Shown here: in pieces, positions 15,270 to 24,445 of the stretch | How the letters are laid out: the number at the start of each line of letters is the position of its first letter | Numbering within the stretch: position 1 is the first letter of the stretch | NCBI GenBank assembly: GCA_963664325.2 | Contig: CAXXDQ010000004.1 | Span: 256,001 to 320,000, forward strand | DNA length: 64,000 nucleotides | Origin: Desulfomonilia bacterium | Lineage (GTDB): Bacteria > Desulfobacterota > Desulfomonilia > UBA1062 | Direction: 5' to 3' | Notes under the pieces: generated by a model | The model's database searches: none | The model's input: only the letters and a program-made list of their open reading frames with translations | What the model was told of the DNA's origin: nothing | Translations under genes and position numbers: made by a program

Positions 15270-16717
15270 TGCTGTTCACCACGTTTTGGGAACAGGCGCG
15301 GGGTGGCGCTTACCGGTTTATAAGTGGCAAGGCTCACACATACCATTATGATCAGGCTTGCAATCAGGCTTATTATAATCGGCTCCAGCCACGATACTTT
15401 CATGAACATCTTGACGGCATACAGGCTGACGCAGATTATCGTGGAAATTATGCTGCTGGTGATGGCCCCCTGGCGGGTGGCCTTATCCCAATAGAGCGCC
15501 GCCATAATGGGCACGAACACGGCCGAGACATAGACTGCGAACGCCAGCAGCAGTATGTCGAAGAGGCTCTTCATGAAAAGCGCAAAGACAATCCCCAATG
15601 CCCCTACAATCAGTATGATCAGTTTGGCGGTGAGAAGCAGACCTTTATCCTTCATCTTCGGCCGCAGGGGCTTGACAAGGTCATTGGCCACGGTGGTTCC
15701 GGATATGAGCAGGCAAACGGAGGCCGTGCTCATCATGACCGCCATGAGGCCCGTGAGGCAAAGCCCTTTGACAACCGGCGGCAGATAGTTGACTGCCAGA
15801 ACAGGAATAATGGCGTCCGTCGAACCGTATTTTGCAGTTATATCCGGTATGAGGCCTGCTCCCAGGACGCCCATCAGCACGCATACAACGGACCAGTATA
15901 CATAAACGCCTGCGGTCACGAACATGGAGGTCCGGATCACCCGCGTACTTTTCGCGGCATTCGCACGCTGCCACAGGCCCGGATCTATCATGCAGAAAGT
16001 TGCGTCAATGATAAGAATGGAAATCAGGTAAATGGGGGATAGTCCGCCCATGATATTTCCGGCGTGCGGCTGGAGCAGCGACCATGTCTGGCCGAGCTCA
16101 GTTGACCGCGTCAGGACAACTATCGGCAGGATCAAGCCTATGGAAAGGAGCATGATGGCCGATTGGATAAGGTCGGAGTACACGACGGCGAAAAGCCCTC
16201 CGACCATAGTGTAGAATATCAGTATCACACCGGATAATAGGATGGCGGTGGTATACGTGAGGCCGAATGACTTGCCCACCGCAGTGAAAATCAAACCTAT
16301 GCCGATGATCTGTCCCCCGAATATTGCGATTACGGTCAGGAACATCGCCGCCCCTGTCGCAAGGTCCATGCCCGGGCCGTAGCGTTTGCGCAGCGCTTCC
16401 GGCACCGTCCAGATCCCGATTTCCCTCAGCTTTTTGGAAAAGAACCCGAACAGGATCAGACCGGTAACGTATCCGGCCCCTGCTATGAGAAAGATGATGC
16501 CCGACTCATAGGATTTGCCTGCCTTTCCCATGGTGGAGGCAGCGCCGATGCAGGCACCGACCAGGGTACCGATCATGACAACATATCCCAGTGATTTGCC
16601 CGCCAGCGCGTAGTCTGTAAGATTCTTGGCCTTTCTCCGGAACCACAGCCCGACGCCAAGCATTGCGAGCAGATATCCGAGGATAATGGCCAGGTCGATT
16701 ATACTTACATTCTGCAT
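15266..16717 (-). CDS. Sodium:solute symporter family protein
   Basis: DYALAGKSLG, YTMVGGLFAVVYSDLIQ and AVMMSTA; ~13 TM segments. Confidence 0.92.
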   Translation of the reverse strand: MQNVSIIDLAIILGYLLAMLGVGLWFRRKAKNLTDYALAGKSLGYVVMIGTLVGACIGAASTMGKAGKSYESGIIFLIAGAGYVTGLILFGFFSKKLREIGIWTVPEALRKRYGPGMDLATGAAMFLTVIAIFGGQIIGIGLIFTAVGKSFGLTYTTAILLSGVILIFYTMVGGLFAVVYSDLIQSAIMLLSIGLILPIVVLTRSTELGQTWSLLQPHAGNIMGGLSPIYLISILIIDATFCMIDPGLWQRANAAKSTRVIRTSMFVTAGVYVYWSVVCVLMGVLGAGLIPDITAKYGSTDAIIPVLAVNYLPPVVKGLCLTGLMAVMMSTASVCLLISGTTVANDLVKPLRPKMKDKGLLLTAKLIILIVGALGIVFALFMKSLFDILLLAFAVYVSAVFVPIMAALYWDKATRQGAITSSIISTIICVSLYAVKMFMKVSWLEPIIISLIASLIIMVCVSLATYKPVSATPRLFPKRGEQQ

Positions 16718-16841
16718 AACCCTCCCTGTGAATATTTATTTAAGAAATCATCATCGTACCGACAAGCGCCGGACAGCTCCAATCCAATGCGGCCAGCTTC
16801 TTACGATGCTCAATGATTTGTCAATGATGAATGCGACTTTC

Positions 16842-18035
16842 TCAGGGCATATGGATCTTGACCGTCGTTCCGGTGGCATACCGCGCCAGGGCCGCTTCAT
16901 CCAGCTCGACGCCCCAGCCCGTGCCTGCAGGCACTTTCGCCTTTCCGTTACTATAGTCGATCGGAGTGATGATAAGATCGTCTTCGAGCATGATATGCCC
17001 GAACAGCTCGGGATCATGACCCAGCACGTTATACCTGGCGGCGGCAAGATGGATCTGGGCCGCCGAGGCAATACCCAGAGTCTGGTTGTGGATCACGACG
17101 CCCAGGCCCCGCATCTCCGCATAGGTCAAGGCGCGCAAGGCATCAGTAATTCCCCCGGGACGCTCGGTATTGATGCCAACAACACGGATCGCATTCATCT
17201 CGATAAGGGTAACGATATCACTCAGTGAAAAGCATCCTTCATGCGCCATGAGCGGTGTGAGTACATGCTTCTGGACATAGGCCATGCCGAGCCAGTTGGT
17301 GGCAAGCACCGGCTGTTCGGCGACATCAATCCCGAATGGTTCGATGGCGCGGATGGCGCGGATAGCCACATCCGGGGTGTAGGCCTGGTTGTAGTCCACG
17401 CGGAAACGCGCTTCAGCTCCCAGTTTTTCACGCATCAATGAGATGATCTTCACATCCTCGGTAATGCTCCGGCCGAGCTTGAAACGGAATGTGCGTATCC
17501 CGGTCTTCAGAAAATCAAGAGCCAGGGCGGCCATTGTTTCCGCTTCCATTAATGGTATGAGGACTCCCATGGGTACTGCAGCGCCGGCACCACCGCCCAT
17601 AAGACAGCAGGAGGGGCGCTTTGCGATCCGGCCCATCAGATCCCAGGCCGCCATGTCTATCAGCCCCTTGGCGGTTTCATTGCGTGCGACATTATTGTGC
17701 ATGCGGATGCGTATTTGCTCCAGGTTGAACGGGTTTTCACCCAGGACATACAGGTACAGCGCTTCCTTGATCGCAGCAATGATCTGGTCCGGACTCACCC
17801 CGGTCTCAGGCAGCCACACGAATTGCTCTCCCAGTCCGACGGAGCCGTCCTCGGTGATGAGCCTGCAAATGACAAAATCGCCCCCCAGCCACTCCTCTTC
17901 GGCAGGGATCATCATCCCGAGCCCGCCTGCTGACTGCATGGCCTCTCTCACGAAGGCAGGAAAGGGAACCTTTAGGGGAGTTAATTCGATTGCGGTAATG
18001 ACCGGAACATCAGTTGGTCTGTTCATGGTATCCAT
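16842..18035 (-). CDS. Enolase superfamily (mandelate racemase/muconate cycloisomerase-like) enzyme with atypical catalytic residues
   Basis: AKGLIDMAAWDLMGR capping domain, RVDYNQ, EQP and GTGWGVELD. Confidence 0.85.
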   Translation of the reverse strand: MDTMNRPTDVPVITAIELTPLKVPFPAFVREAMQSAGGLGMMIPAEEEWLGGDFVICRLITEDGSVGLGEQFVWLPETGVSPDQIIAAIKEALYLYVLGENPFNLEQIRIRMHNNVARNETAKGLIDMAAWDLMGRIAKRPSCCLMGGGAGAAVPMGVLIPLMEAETMAALALDFLKTGIRTFRFKLGRSITEDVKIISLMREKLGAEARFRVDYNQAYTPDVAIRAIRAIEPFGIDVAEQPVLATNWLGMAYVQKHVLTPLMAHEGCFSLSDIVTLIEMNAIRVVGINTERPGGITDALRALTYAEMRGLGVVIHNQTLGIASAAQIHLAAARYNVLGHDPELFGHIMLEDDLIITPIDYSNGKAKVPAGTGWGVELDEAALARYATGTTVKIHMP

Positions 18036-18380
18036 AACTCATGTCCTCCTTTTTTCGTCATCTGAGAACGTGCAAGTGCTTCAGTATAAGGCTTATGCTC
18101 CGGGTCATAGATGATTATTTGGACACACAATATTCTATATCATTGATATTATTATAGAACAACAGATAAAAACACATTATATAGTTACATATGATCGCTC
18201 ATGCTGCATAAAGAAAGCATAATGAAACAGCAGGAATTCGCTCGTTACTTATGGTTGCATCAAATTTAAAAAATGAATTATGCGAACATATCGATATTAT
18301 ATGATACTTATGTCAGGTAAGATGATGCATCCCCGCCGGCCATAAAAGTTGCCGGCAGGGACTTTCAGAATCAGGCTATT

Positions 18381-18971
18381 TTAAAAGCTGAATCCAAGCG
18401 GGAGTTTGCTTTTCTTTGTCCCTTCTGGGACCCATGCAAGATCCATAATGGTATAGGTTGGATCAACAGTCTTGAAGATCGGAACCACCCTCATGTCCAT
18501 CTCCGGCTCGCCGACAGCCAGATAGCTCATCAGTATCGTGTCCACGCCTTTGAACTCGATATTTATGAACTTGATCGGCTTGTCCAGGACATTGAATGCA
18601 CCCGAGCGCTCACAGACCATGAACGTATGAATCTTTGCGGTTTTCTTTGCGATTTCGGTCATATCGACGACCTTGTTCTTGGCCAGGCAATCCATGCAGA
18701 AAATCCTGAACGGCTGATAAATGGTCCCTTTGGATTCGCACTTGGGATTGTCACAACGCGAGGCCATCAATTTCCCCTTGCTGAGCGATTCAAAGAATAT
18801 CGCCTCACCTCCATAGGAATGGATATAGGTCATGTCTCTCGGATTGGTTACTCCAAGCAGTTTGCCATTGCCGTCCATATCCCTGATGGGAGTATTCGGC
18901 GTTAGATGATGGAAATCCCCTTTTACCTTGTATTTGTTATCTTTAACCGAAACGGTTGCAAAATTTCCCAT
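18381..18971 (-). CDS. DUF35-type Zn-ribbon/OB-fold protein, thiolase partner
   Basis: RCDNPKC...RIFCMDC zinc ribbon followed by an OB-fold-like region; directly downstream of the thiolase gene. Confidence 0.8.
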   Translation of the reverse strand: MGNFATVSVKDNKYKVKGDFHHLTPNTPIRDMDGNGKLLGVTNPRDMTYIHSYGGEAIFFESLSKGKLMASRCDNPKCESKGTIYQPFRIFCMDCLAKNKVVDMTEIAKKTAKIHTFMVCERSGAFNVLDKPIKFINIEFKGVDTILMSYLAVGEPEMDMRVVPIFKTVDPTYTIMDLAWVPEGTKKSKLPLGFSF

Positions 18972-18983
18972 AGTAATTCTCCT

Positions 18984-20420
18984 TTATGCATCTTTCTTTA
19001 ATAAATGATCAGGGTCCATAAGAATGGTCGCAGTGACATGCGAACCTACACCGGCATGGCTGACTGCAAGCGCCCTTTTCGCGCCCTTGACCTGCAGGTC
19101 CGTCCAGTCTGCTGGCTTCTTCCTGTCGAACGCCTTCCATCTCTTCTCGTCTCCATGGATTTCCGCCCAGCGTCCCCATATCTGTGTGGCGATTTCAAAC
19201 GTCTGCATGATGCCTGTTGCGCCTACAGCATGCATGCAGCCGATCAAGCCTCCCGAAAGGTTTGAAGGCAGCTTGCCGGGTTTGCCGGTCTTGGGATTGG
19301 TATGGTAGCAATCACCGGACTCGACATAGTCTCTGCCGTAGCCGTAAGGCCTGATTCCGACATCTTCATATGTCTGGACATCGCTGATGGTGAAGGCGTC
19401 GTGAAGCTCAATGACATCCAGGTCCCTGGTCGGGTCGATGATGCCTGTCATGCGGTAAGCATAGTATGCCGCCATACGGGCTGCAAGGAAACCCGTGAAT
19501 CCCGGATATCTCTCGCCGCCCGGAAATTTTTTACCGAGGTCTTTATACTGCTTGGCTGTTTCATTCGGAAGCAGGGGAATCGCCATGTCGCGTCTGTCTG
19601 CCGGTCTGAGCGTATGAGAACCCGCTGTAACCCAGATGCGCAACGGCTTGTTCTTTGTGCCCTTTGTCAGTTTCACTGCCGTCTTTTCATCGCAGATTAT
19701 TGCGCATGCAGCTCCCACGCTCATGAGGCATGCATCGAGCGCGCGAAGCGGATAGGCGACAACCGGAGATTTGAGAACGTCTTCAACGGTTATCTTCATC
19801 GGGCTCTGGGCATAGGGGTTCATCCTGGCATATCCGTGATGCTTGACAGATATTTCGGCCAGTGTTCTGCGGAAAGAATCCTCTTCCTTGCCGAATACCT
19901 TCCAGTACTTTTGTGCCATTACGGCATAATACCCTGTGTATATATGGCCGAGAGGGCCTTCCCAGTCCTTATCGGCCGCACAGGAAATAAGGAAATTTCC
20001 TTCATCCGTCGGAACTTCGTCCATGCGCTCCCATCCCATTGCCAGCACGCAATCGGAATATCCTGAAGCGACGGCTTTGGTAGCCTCCCAAAGCGTCGAA
20101 CCGCCTGTTGCCCCGCCGGTCTTTACACCGATATTACCCAGCGGGTCGAGGCCCAGTCTGTCATGAATTACGGCTTCACCCAACAACTGGTCGCCGAAGT
20201 GGTCTGCGAAATGTCCGTAATAGCATGTGTGGATGTACTTCTTCAGCTCCGATGGCTGCATGTTAATGAGCTCCGCTGCCTGCAAAAAGGCATCTACACA
20301 CAACTCCTCCGTGCGCTTATCCGGAAATGCACGGTCGAACTTTGACTGACCAGCGGTAACCAGATAAACCGGCCTCATTAATTTGGGAATCTTCAACTGC
20401 TGTTCACTGAATTTAATCAT
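18984..20420 (-). CDS. SCP2-type thiolase-fold protein lacking the canonical cysteines
   Basis: NPYAQ, ELHDAF, NLSGGL and HAVGATG motifs. GGATGG stands where CxSG is expected. Confidence 0.85.
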   Translation of the reverse strand: MIKFSEQQLKIPKLMRPVYLVTAGQSKFDRAFPDKRTEELCVDAFLQAAELINMQPSELKKYIHTCYYGHFADHFGDQLLGEAVIHDRLGLDPLGNIGVKTGGATGGSTLWEATKAVASGYSDCVLAMGWERMDEVPTDEGNFLISCAADKDWEGPLGHIYTGYYAVMAQKYWKVFGKEEDSFRRTLAEISVKHHGYARMNPYAQSPMKITVEDVLKSPVVAYPLRALDACLMSVGAACAIICDEKTAVKLTKGTKNKPLRIWVTAGSHTLRPADRRDMAIPLLPNETAKQYKDLGKKFPGGERYPGFTGFLAARMAAYYAYRMTGIIDPTRDLDVIELHDAFTISDVQTYEDVGIRPYGYGRDYVESGDCYHTNPKTGKPGKLPSNLSGGLIGCMHAVGATGIMQTFEIATQIWGRWAEIHGDEKRWKAFDRKKPADWTDLQVKGAKRALAVSHAGVGSHVTATILMDPDHLLKKDA

Positions 20421-20512
20421 TCATACACTCCTTTAAAAATTTTATTCTATCTGCTTCGAACTCTTAAAGCCCTCAGCAAGACATTGGCGACTTTTGCAAC
20501 ATACGAAAGGCA

Positions 20513-21061
20513 TTATAATGTCCCTACCCACAATACCACCGAAAGGCTTTTTGATTTGTTGGAAATAATCTGCTTTTCAGGAGACGTCCAGTAATAGTGG
20601 ACGGCATCGCCTATATGCAGAACAGCATTTTCATTTCCGCAGGATATTTCCACCGAACCCTTCAGCACACAAAGTATCTCCTGGCTGTTCTTTATGCCCT
20701 TGCGGCCCGGAATCGAGGCCCCGGGCTCAAGAAGCATGATCGAACTGTCCAGTACCTGCCTCGATTCAGGTGCGTAGAACCTGCGTGTAACAAACCCCGA
20801 TTTCGGAATCTCAGCATCCTCTTCCCACTCGGCCTTTCTTATGACAACGAGACGCTCCTTTTTTTCGGCGTCTCTTATTATATCGCCGGCATTGGTACCG
20901 ATCGCATTACATATCTTGATGAGCGTTTCCACCGATGGCGAACTGACGTCGTTTTCCACCTGAGAAAGAAATCCCTCAGAGATGCCAGCCTTTTCCGCCA
21001 CCTCCTTGAGAATAAACCCTTTTTCCTTTCTTTTTTTTCTGAGCACTGCACCAAGATTCAT
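20513..21061 (-). CDS. XRE-family HTH / cupin transcriptional regulator
   Basis: LKEVAEKAGISEGFLSQVEND..SPS HTH and a C-terminal cupin (CVLKGSV, LHIGDAV). Confidence 0.9.
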   Translation of the reverse strand: MNLGAVLRKKRKEKGFILKEVAEKAGISEGFLSQVENDVSSPSVETLIKICNAIGTNAGDIIRDAEKKERLVVIRKAEWEEDAEIPKSGFVTRRFYAPESRQVLDSSIMLLEPGASIPGRKGIKNSQEILCVLKGSVEISCGNENAVLHIGDAVHYYWTSPEKQIISNKSKSLSVVLWVGTL

Positions 21062-21108
21062 TTAAATCTCCTGTTGATATTTCTTATGTTAATGCCAACA
21101 TATACCAT

Positions 21109-21141
21109 TACTTAATTTTTACTGTCAATTAAGTATTGACA
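21109..21141. promoter_or_regulatory. Back-to-back TTGACA (-35-like) boxes overlapped by an inverted repeat; putative divergent promoter/operator
   Basis: TGTCAAT-taagt-ATTGACA at 21123-21141 and TACTTAAT...ATTAAGTA at 21109-21135, between divergent genes. Confidence 0.45.
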
Positions 21142-21234
21142 ATAACACATTAAATCGTTCATATTTTAACTATTCTGCCTTAATTTTGATTATACCCTGC
21201 CCCTGAGGCGGGTTAAAAATAAGGGAGGTAACCC

Positions 21235-21327
21235 GTGAAACGAGCAGCTATCACAGTTATTGGTTCAGCCGAATTCTCACCCCTTCCACCGGGTGTTTCA
21301 TGCCGCGAAGACGAAGGCGGACCTTAA
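21235..21327 (+). CDS. Candidate 30-aa small ORF / leader peptide
   Basis: AAGGGAGG Shine-Dalgarno 6 nt before a GTG. Reads MKRAAITVIGSAEFSPLPPGVSCREDEGGP*. Confidence 0.3.
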   Translation: MKRAAITVIGSAEFSPLPPGVSCREDEGGP

Positions 21328-21423
21328 CAGAATAATATCCGGAATTGGTGCTGGAGCTGATTTTATAAAAATCGGTTAAATCAAAATTACCTATTTTGTA
21401 CCGGAAAAATAAGGAGAAAACAT

Positions 21424-22593
21424 ATGTTATCATTATCATCCGAAGAGTTAATGTTGTCAGAAACAGTTTATAAGTGGGCTGAAAACTACCTGGGCCCGAA
21501 ACAGGAGGAAATAGATGAAGAGGACAAGCTTCCTGAAGATTTTTTCAAGCAGCTTGCAAACCTGGGCATTCTTGGAATCACACTGGGCGAGGCTTATGGC
21601 GGGGCCGGCCAGGGCATCATGATGCAGACATTGGCGGTAGAGCAGATAGCACGCTTCTCGCCCGGTCTGTCCATGACATACGCCGCTCATTCGAATCTGT
21701 GCGCCAACAATATTTACAAGAATGGAAACGAGGCCCAGCGGCATAAATTTCTGCCCCCCATGTGCACGGGCGATTCAATCGGCGCATTGTGCCTGACAGA
21801 ACCGGGTGCGGGTTCCGACGCATTAGGCGGGATGAGGACCACCGCCAAGAAATCCGGCAACAAGTATATCCTGAATGGCACAAAGATGTTCATAACCAAC
21901 GGGAACATCGCCAAGACACACCTTGTTTATGCAAAGACGGCCCCGGAAAAGGGCGCTCACGGCATAAGCGCTTTCATTGTCGACGGGACAAGCAAGGGTG
22001 TAACGGTTTCAAAAAAACTCCGCAAGTGCGGCATGAGGGGCTCGCCGACCGTTGAACTCAGCTACGAGGATGTCGAGGTTCCGCCCGAGAACCTGCTTCT
22101 TGAAGAGAACATGGGCGTGCATGTCGTAACATCCGGTCTTGCATACGAGCGCATAACGCTTTCAGGAAATTCCCTCGGAACCGCCGAGCAGGGGCTGCAG
22201 TATTCCATCAAGTATGCAAAGGAGCGCGAACAGTTCGGCAAACAGCTCAAGGACTTCGAGATGATTCAGCAGAAACTGGCCGATATGTACTGTCTGGTCG
22301 AGGCGTCCCGCGGACTGGTTTACAAGGCGGCCCGCTTTGCCGACGGCCCGGGTGGAAAGAAAGGCGGAAAAGGTACTGTGCTCGACAAACTTGCGGCGGC
22401 GGCAATCCTGTTTGCTGCGGAATCGGCCACAAAGGTATGCTGCGACGGCATTCAGATTCACGGCGGCTACGGATATTGTCTCGAATACCCTATACAAAAG
22501 CTCTGGCGCGATGCCAAACTTCTTGAAATCGGGGCAGGCACTTCCGAGATCAGAAGAATAATCATTGCAAGAGAGTTGTGCAGAGATATATAA
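21424..22593 (+). CDS. Acyl-CoA dehydrogenase (isovaleryl-CoA dehydrogenase-like)
   Basis: AHSNLC, LTEPGAGSD, NGTKMFITNG, REQFG, QIHGGYGY and EIGAGTSEIRR. Confidence 0.93.
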   Translation: MLSLSSEELMLSETVYKWAENYLGPKQEEIDEEDKLPEDFFKQLANLGILGITLGEAYGGAGQGIMMQTLAVEQIARFSPGLSMTYAAHSNLCANNIYKNGNEAQRHKFLPPMCTGDSIGALCLTEPGAGSDALGGMRTTAKKSGNKYILNGTKMFITNGNIAKTHLVYAKTAPEKGAHGISAFIVDGTSKGVTVSKKLRKCGMRGSPTVELSYEDVEVPPENLLLEENMGVHVVTSGLAYERITLSGNSLGTAEQGLQYSIKYAKEREQFGKQLKDFEMIQQKLADMYCLVEASRGLVYKAARFADGPGGKKGGKGTVLDKLAAAAILFAAESATKVCCDGIQIHGGYGYCLEYPIQKLWRDAKLLEIGAGTSEIRRIIIARELCRDI

Positions 22594-22715
22594 ATGATAT
22601 AGTGTATGTGTGGCATGAAGGTTGGACTTCAGGGAAGGAAAGCCCAGCCGGCATATAAAAAACAGCAAAGAGGCGCATCATTCATGTGCCTCTTTTTTTA
22701 TCTTTGGAGGAAGCT

Positions 22716-24407
22716 ATGGGCAACTCAAAAAACGGCGTATCAAGAAGGGAATTTTTAAAGAAGGCCGGGGGCGCAGCAGCCTTGTGCGCCGGCGCCGCCT
22801 TTATTCCGGGAATTTCTCTGGCAAACGACAGTGCAAATCTTTTTTCCGGACAGGCAGTCAATGCCGACATGGATATACTGATAACAAACGGTCTTATCTA
22901 TGACGGGTCACTGAACGAGCCGATGATAGCTGATATCGGCATCATAAAAGATAAAATAGTCGCCATTGGAAAAATAACCGGCAAGGCCGGAAAAACAATC
23001 GATGCCGCAGGTTTCATAGTAACGCCCGGTTTTATCGATGTGCATACCCATTGCGACCTGACATGGTCAAGGGCAGGCTACATGCGCGCTCTCTCTCATG
23101 TGATGCCAAGCTGGAAAGGCAACTATAACTATATATCCCAGGGTGTAACGAGCGTTGTTACCGGCAATTGCGGAATGGGGTATGCAGATGCGGACTACTG
23201 GCTCAAAATCATCGAGGGCCTTGACTTCGGGTCAAATGTCTATCATCTCGCCCCTCACGGAGCCATAAGAGAAGAGATGTTCGGGACAGAGGTCCGTCCG
23301 GTGCTTTCGACTGCCCAGCTTGACAACCTGAAGGCAAGATTCGCTGATGAGATGTCAAAAGGCACGGTGGGATTTTCATCCGGCCTAGGTTATGCCCCTG
23401 GAGTTTACACGTCGACGGAGGAGATCATTGCCATAGCAAAGGTGGTAAAAAATTATGGCGGATTATATGCAACCCATATCAGGGACGAGTCCGGCGCTAT
23501 CATGCCTTCGGGTCTGCCGGGAGATGTCGAATCAATAAAAGAGGCTATTGAAATCGGCAAACGCGCCGAAATTCCTGTTCAGATATCGCATCTCAAGATT
23601 GCCTGCCCCATTAACGGCCTGAAATCGGAAACGATACTCGGCCTTATAGAAAAGGCCAGGAGCGAAGGCCTGACCGTACATGCGGACCAATACCCTTATG
23701 CCGCAGGTTCAACAACTATCTCAATACTTCTTCCTGCTGAATTCCTTTCCAGTTCAGGTATAAAAGACATCTATAAAACAAAAGAAGGACAAAAATCAGT
23801 CAAGGCTGCAATCATTAAAGTCTTCGAATTTCTGCCTCCTGAAAAAACTCTTATAACCCTTGATGAAAAGACTCCTTCCAACGAAGGGAAAACCCTACTT
23901 GATATTTCCCGTGAGACAGGTAAATCACCGGAAGACGTCTATGTAGGGATGGTTTGCGAAAGCGAATCCCCTGTAGGCGTATTTTTCGATCAGGACGAAT
24001 CGGTTGTAAAAAGTCTTATGCCCCGGGATTATGTCATGACCGCCTCCGACGGGTTCACCATCCCGAAGGACATGCTCAAGCCCCATCCGAGATTGTATGG
24101 GACATTCCCGAGGAAGATCAGGAAATATGTCTTTGATGAAAAAGTCATTGGGCTTAAAGAGGCCATCGTTTCAATGACATCTCTTCCAGCAGAGAAATTC
24201 AGATTGAAGGGCAGGGGCAGAATTGCTGAAGGCAATTTCGCAGACATAGCAGTAATAGACCTGAATACTGTTAAAGACTGTGCTACTTACACAAACCCTC
24301 ATCAATATTCCAAGGGAATCGAATACCTGCTTGTAAACGGTGTGGTCTCGATAGATAAAGGAGGCTTCACGGCCAAACGCGGAGGCAAGGCCGTCAGAAA
24401 GGGCTGA
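22716..24407 (+). CDS. Tat-exported N-acyl-D-amino-acid deacylase family amidohydrolase
   Basis: SRREFLK twin-arginine signal after a GGAGG RBS; PGFIDVHTHCD, THIRDE, ISHLK and PHPRLYGTFPR. Confidence 0.88.
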   Translation: MGNSKNGVSRREFLKKAGGAAALCAGAAFIPGISLANDSANLFSGQAVNADMDILITNGLIYDGSLNEPMIADIGIIKDKIVAIGKITGKAGKTIDAAGFIVTPGFIDVHTHCDLTWSRAGYMRALSHVMPSWKGNYNYISQGVTSVVTGNCGMGYADADYWLKIIEGLDFGSNVYHLAPHGAIREEMFGTEVRPVLSTAQLDNLKARFADEMSKGTVGFSSGLGYAPGVYTSTEEIIAIAKVVKNYGGLYATHIRDESGAIMPSGLPGDVESIKEAIEIGKRAEIPVQISHLKIACPINGLKSETILGLIEKARSEGLTVHADQYPYAAGSTTISILLPAEFLSSSGIKDIYKTKEGQKSVKAAIIKVFEFLPPEKTLITLDEKTPSNEGKTLLDISRETGKSPEDVYVGMVCESESPVGVFFDQDESVVKSLMPRDYVMTASDGFTIPKDMLKPHPRLYGTFPRKIRKYVFDEKVIGLKEAIVSMTSLPAEKFRLKGRGRIAEGNFADIAVIDLNTVKDCATYTNPHQYSKGIEYLLVNGVVSIDKGGFTAKRGGKAVRKG

Positions 24408-24445
24408 TAAAGAAACTCCTTCAAGCCTCCACTGACTATTGGGCG

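Noticed and set aside
21271-21280. gaattctcac resembling the CRISPR repeat end (attctcac)
   Set aside because: Only 8 bp match, expected by chance, with no flanking repeat similarity.
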